A stretch of 63,182 nt of DNA, the filler included, from Rozella allomycis CSF55 (lineage: Eukaryota): assembly GCA_000442015.1 (NCBI GenBank). It is 15 parts of 15 records of this genome, joined end to end, with 100 filler letters (N's around TTAATTAATTAA, not from the genome) between each part and the next. Parts side by side here need not be neighbours in the genome. Positions count along the whole stretch, not along the records: positions 61,704 to 63,182 come from KE560762.1; 14 more parts are not named here. One strand, given 5' to 3'. This document shows, piece after piece, positions 61,704 to 63,182 of this stretch. A program made the translations under genes and the position numbers. The notes below the pieces were generated by a model. That model was not told where the DNA came from and made no database searches. It worked only from the letters and a program-made list of their open reading frames with translations. Each line of letters opens with the position of its first letter. The stretch's first letter is position 1.

Positions 61704-62789
61704 TGAACAATCAACTCCAACATGGTTCTTTGAACTTCATTATCTCCACCAGCACCATCGTCATGACGGGCTCCTCCAATAGCATCAACTTCATCAAAGA
61801 AAATAATGCAAGCCTTCTTGGTCCTTGCCAATTCAAACAATTCTCTTATCATTCTAGCACCCTCACCAACATATCTTTTATCAATCATGACATATTTAAT
61901 TACCTTTGAACTAATTCTGAACCAATAACACGAATAAATGATGCATCAGTCCTGTTAGCGACTGCCCTTGCAGATAATGTCTTGCCAGTGCCAGGTGGTC
62001 CATAAAGTAAAACACCCTTTGGTGGATCAATTCCCAAAGTAACAAATTTTTCTGGCTAAATTCACAATTGATTAAAAATGTTACATGCAACAAAGGTAGT
62101 TCCACAACTTCACGGAGTTTTTCAATTTGTTCCTTGCAGCCACCAACATCGCCATAAGTAACATCAGGCTTATCTTCAACTTGCATCATTGTAACAGTTG
62201 GATCAATCTTGGGTGGCAATGGAATTTGGATGAAATGTTTGTTCCTATCAACACTTTTAATCACACCCTATTTCATTACCCAACTCGCATTCCTTCTTCA
62301 ATATCAGTGGGGGATACATCATCACCAAGTCCTACAACGAATTTAGCTATTTGCTTCAAGTTGATAACATATTTTGTAGGCTCGCCTTCCTCGGTTGGTT
62401 GAATAATCTTGGTACACCTCGCAACTTGCAACGGTTGTTCTTGTTGCATTCTAGTCTTGTCGTTGTTCATATCCCATAAAGTTGGATGTGCCAATCCGGT
62501 TTCCAACTCTTTGACGCCTATTCTAAGCAAGAGATACTTGAATACCCATTTTTTCATTGATACGCTTTTGAATATCCGCCAAATCTTTTTCAATCTGCTT
62601 CAAATCTTTAGCATAGGAGCCGAGACCCTTTGTTAAATAATGGTAAACACGTTACGTAGTTTCTCATCACGGCTATATCGCCTTCATCCAGAGCTTTAAT
62701 TTATTTTTACACGTTTATTTACCTACTATTTTTTCTTCCTTTTTATCAGTCGATGGACTCCACTTTTCCCAGTCGTCTTTAGGTGGCAT
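61704..62789 (-). CDS. RPT1: 26S proteasome AAA ATPase Rpt1 (PSMC2), 3' end in gap
   Basis: [78 protein letters not shown]. Confidence 0.97.
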
Positions 62790-62849
62790 CCCAATTACAA
62801 GGGTTTTACGGCATGAAACACCAAATAGATATAATTTAAGGAAAATTTA

Positions 62850-63182
62850 TTAAAAATGTTCCTTTTTAAAAACATAATTAAATGTGTTGTCACTTGTCAG
62901 CTTTATAGCGTCCTTGATCGGTTTCTCGAGTCCTTTGGGGCCGCAAAGAAAGATACCACACGTAGTCTTGTCGCGCTTCACTGCTTCTTTGATTTTTGTC
63001 TTACATATTTGCAATAAGCGATTGAAATTTGGTCGACCGTAAAATGTTTTTTGCTTGAGGAATGTGAAGGCATCAAGATCATGGTCATTATGGATAGATA
63101 TAAAGTGAAGCTGCTCATTAGTTAGTCCTCCAGTCATGAAAATGTGAAAATGAAGGAATTCACTGGGGCAATCTTTTTCCAT
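62850..63182 (-). CDS. NADPH oxidase (NOX family) C-terminal NAD-binding domain, 5'-partial
   Basis: TFYGRPNF...CGIFLCGPKGL...FKKEHF*. Confidence 0.88.
   Translation of the reverse strand: MEKDCPSEFLHFHIFMTGGLTNEQLHFISIHNDHDLDAFTFLKQKTFYGRPNFNRLLQICKTKIKEAVKRDKTTCGIFLCGPKGLEKPIKDAIKLTSDNTFNYVFKKEHF

Overview
AT-rich, gene-dense eukaryotic draft scaffold with very short (~26-33 nt) GT-AG introns, so most ORF-track entries are single exons. Gene content (dynein-2 heavy chain, chitin deacetylase, myosin I, NOX, Rpt1, Ada3, Not2) points to a flagellated early-diverging fungus; a Rozella-like (Cryptomycota) endoparasite is my inference, not verified. The scaffold has many N gaps carrying an artificial TTAATTAATTAA linker, and single-N joins that duplicate short segments. 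Mobile DNA includes PIF/Harbinger elements, a Tourist-like MITE, and hAT, copia and non-LTR RNase H fragments. Most notable: (1) four compound introns in the dynein-2 gene built from 2-3 back-to-back ~28-nt GT-AG units with no exon between them, suggesting recursive splicing; (2) signal-peptide-bearing ubiquitin-system proteins (a HECT E3 whose catalytic Cys is formed across a splice junction, and an F-box protein), candidate host-directed effectors; (3) a ~3000-aa DUF3638/DUF3645 protein with recognisable SF2/SecA-like ATPase motifs, interrupted by a hAT fragment and a frameshift; (4) a carotenoid-oxygenase homolog lacking all four iron-binding histidines.
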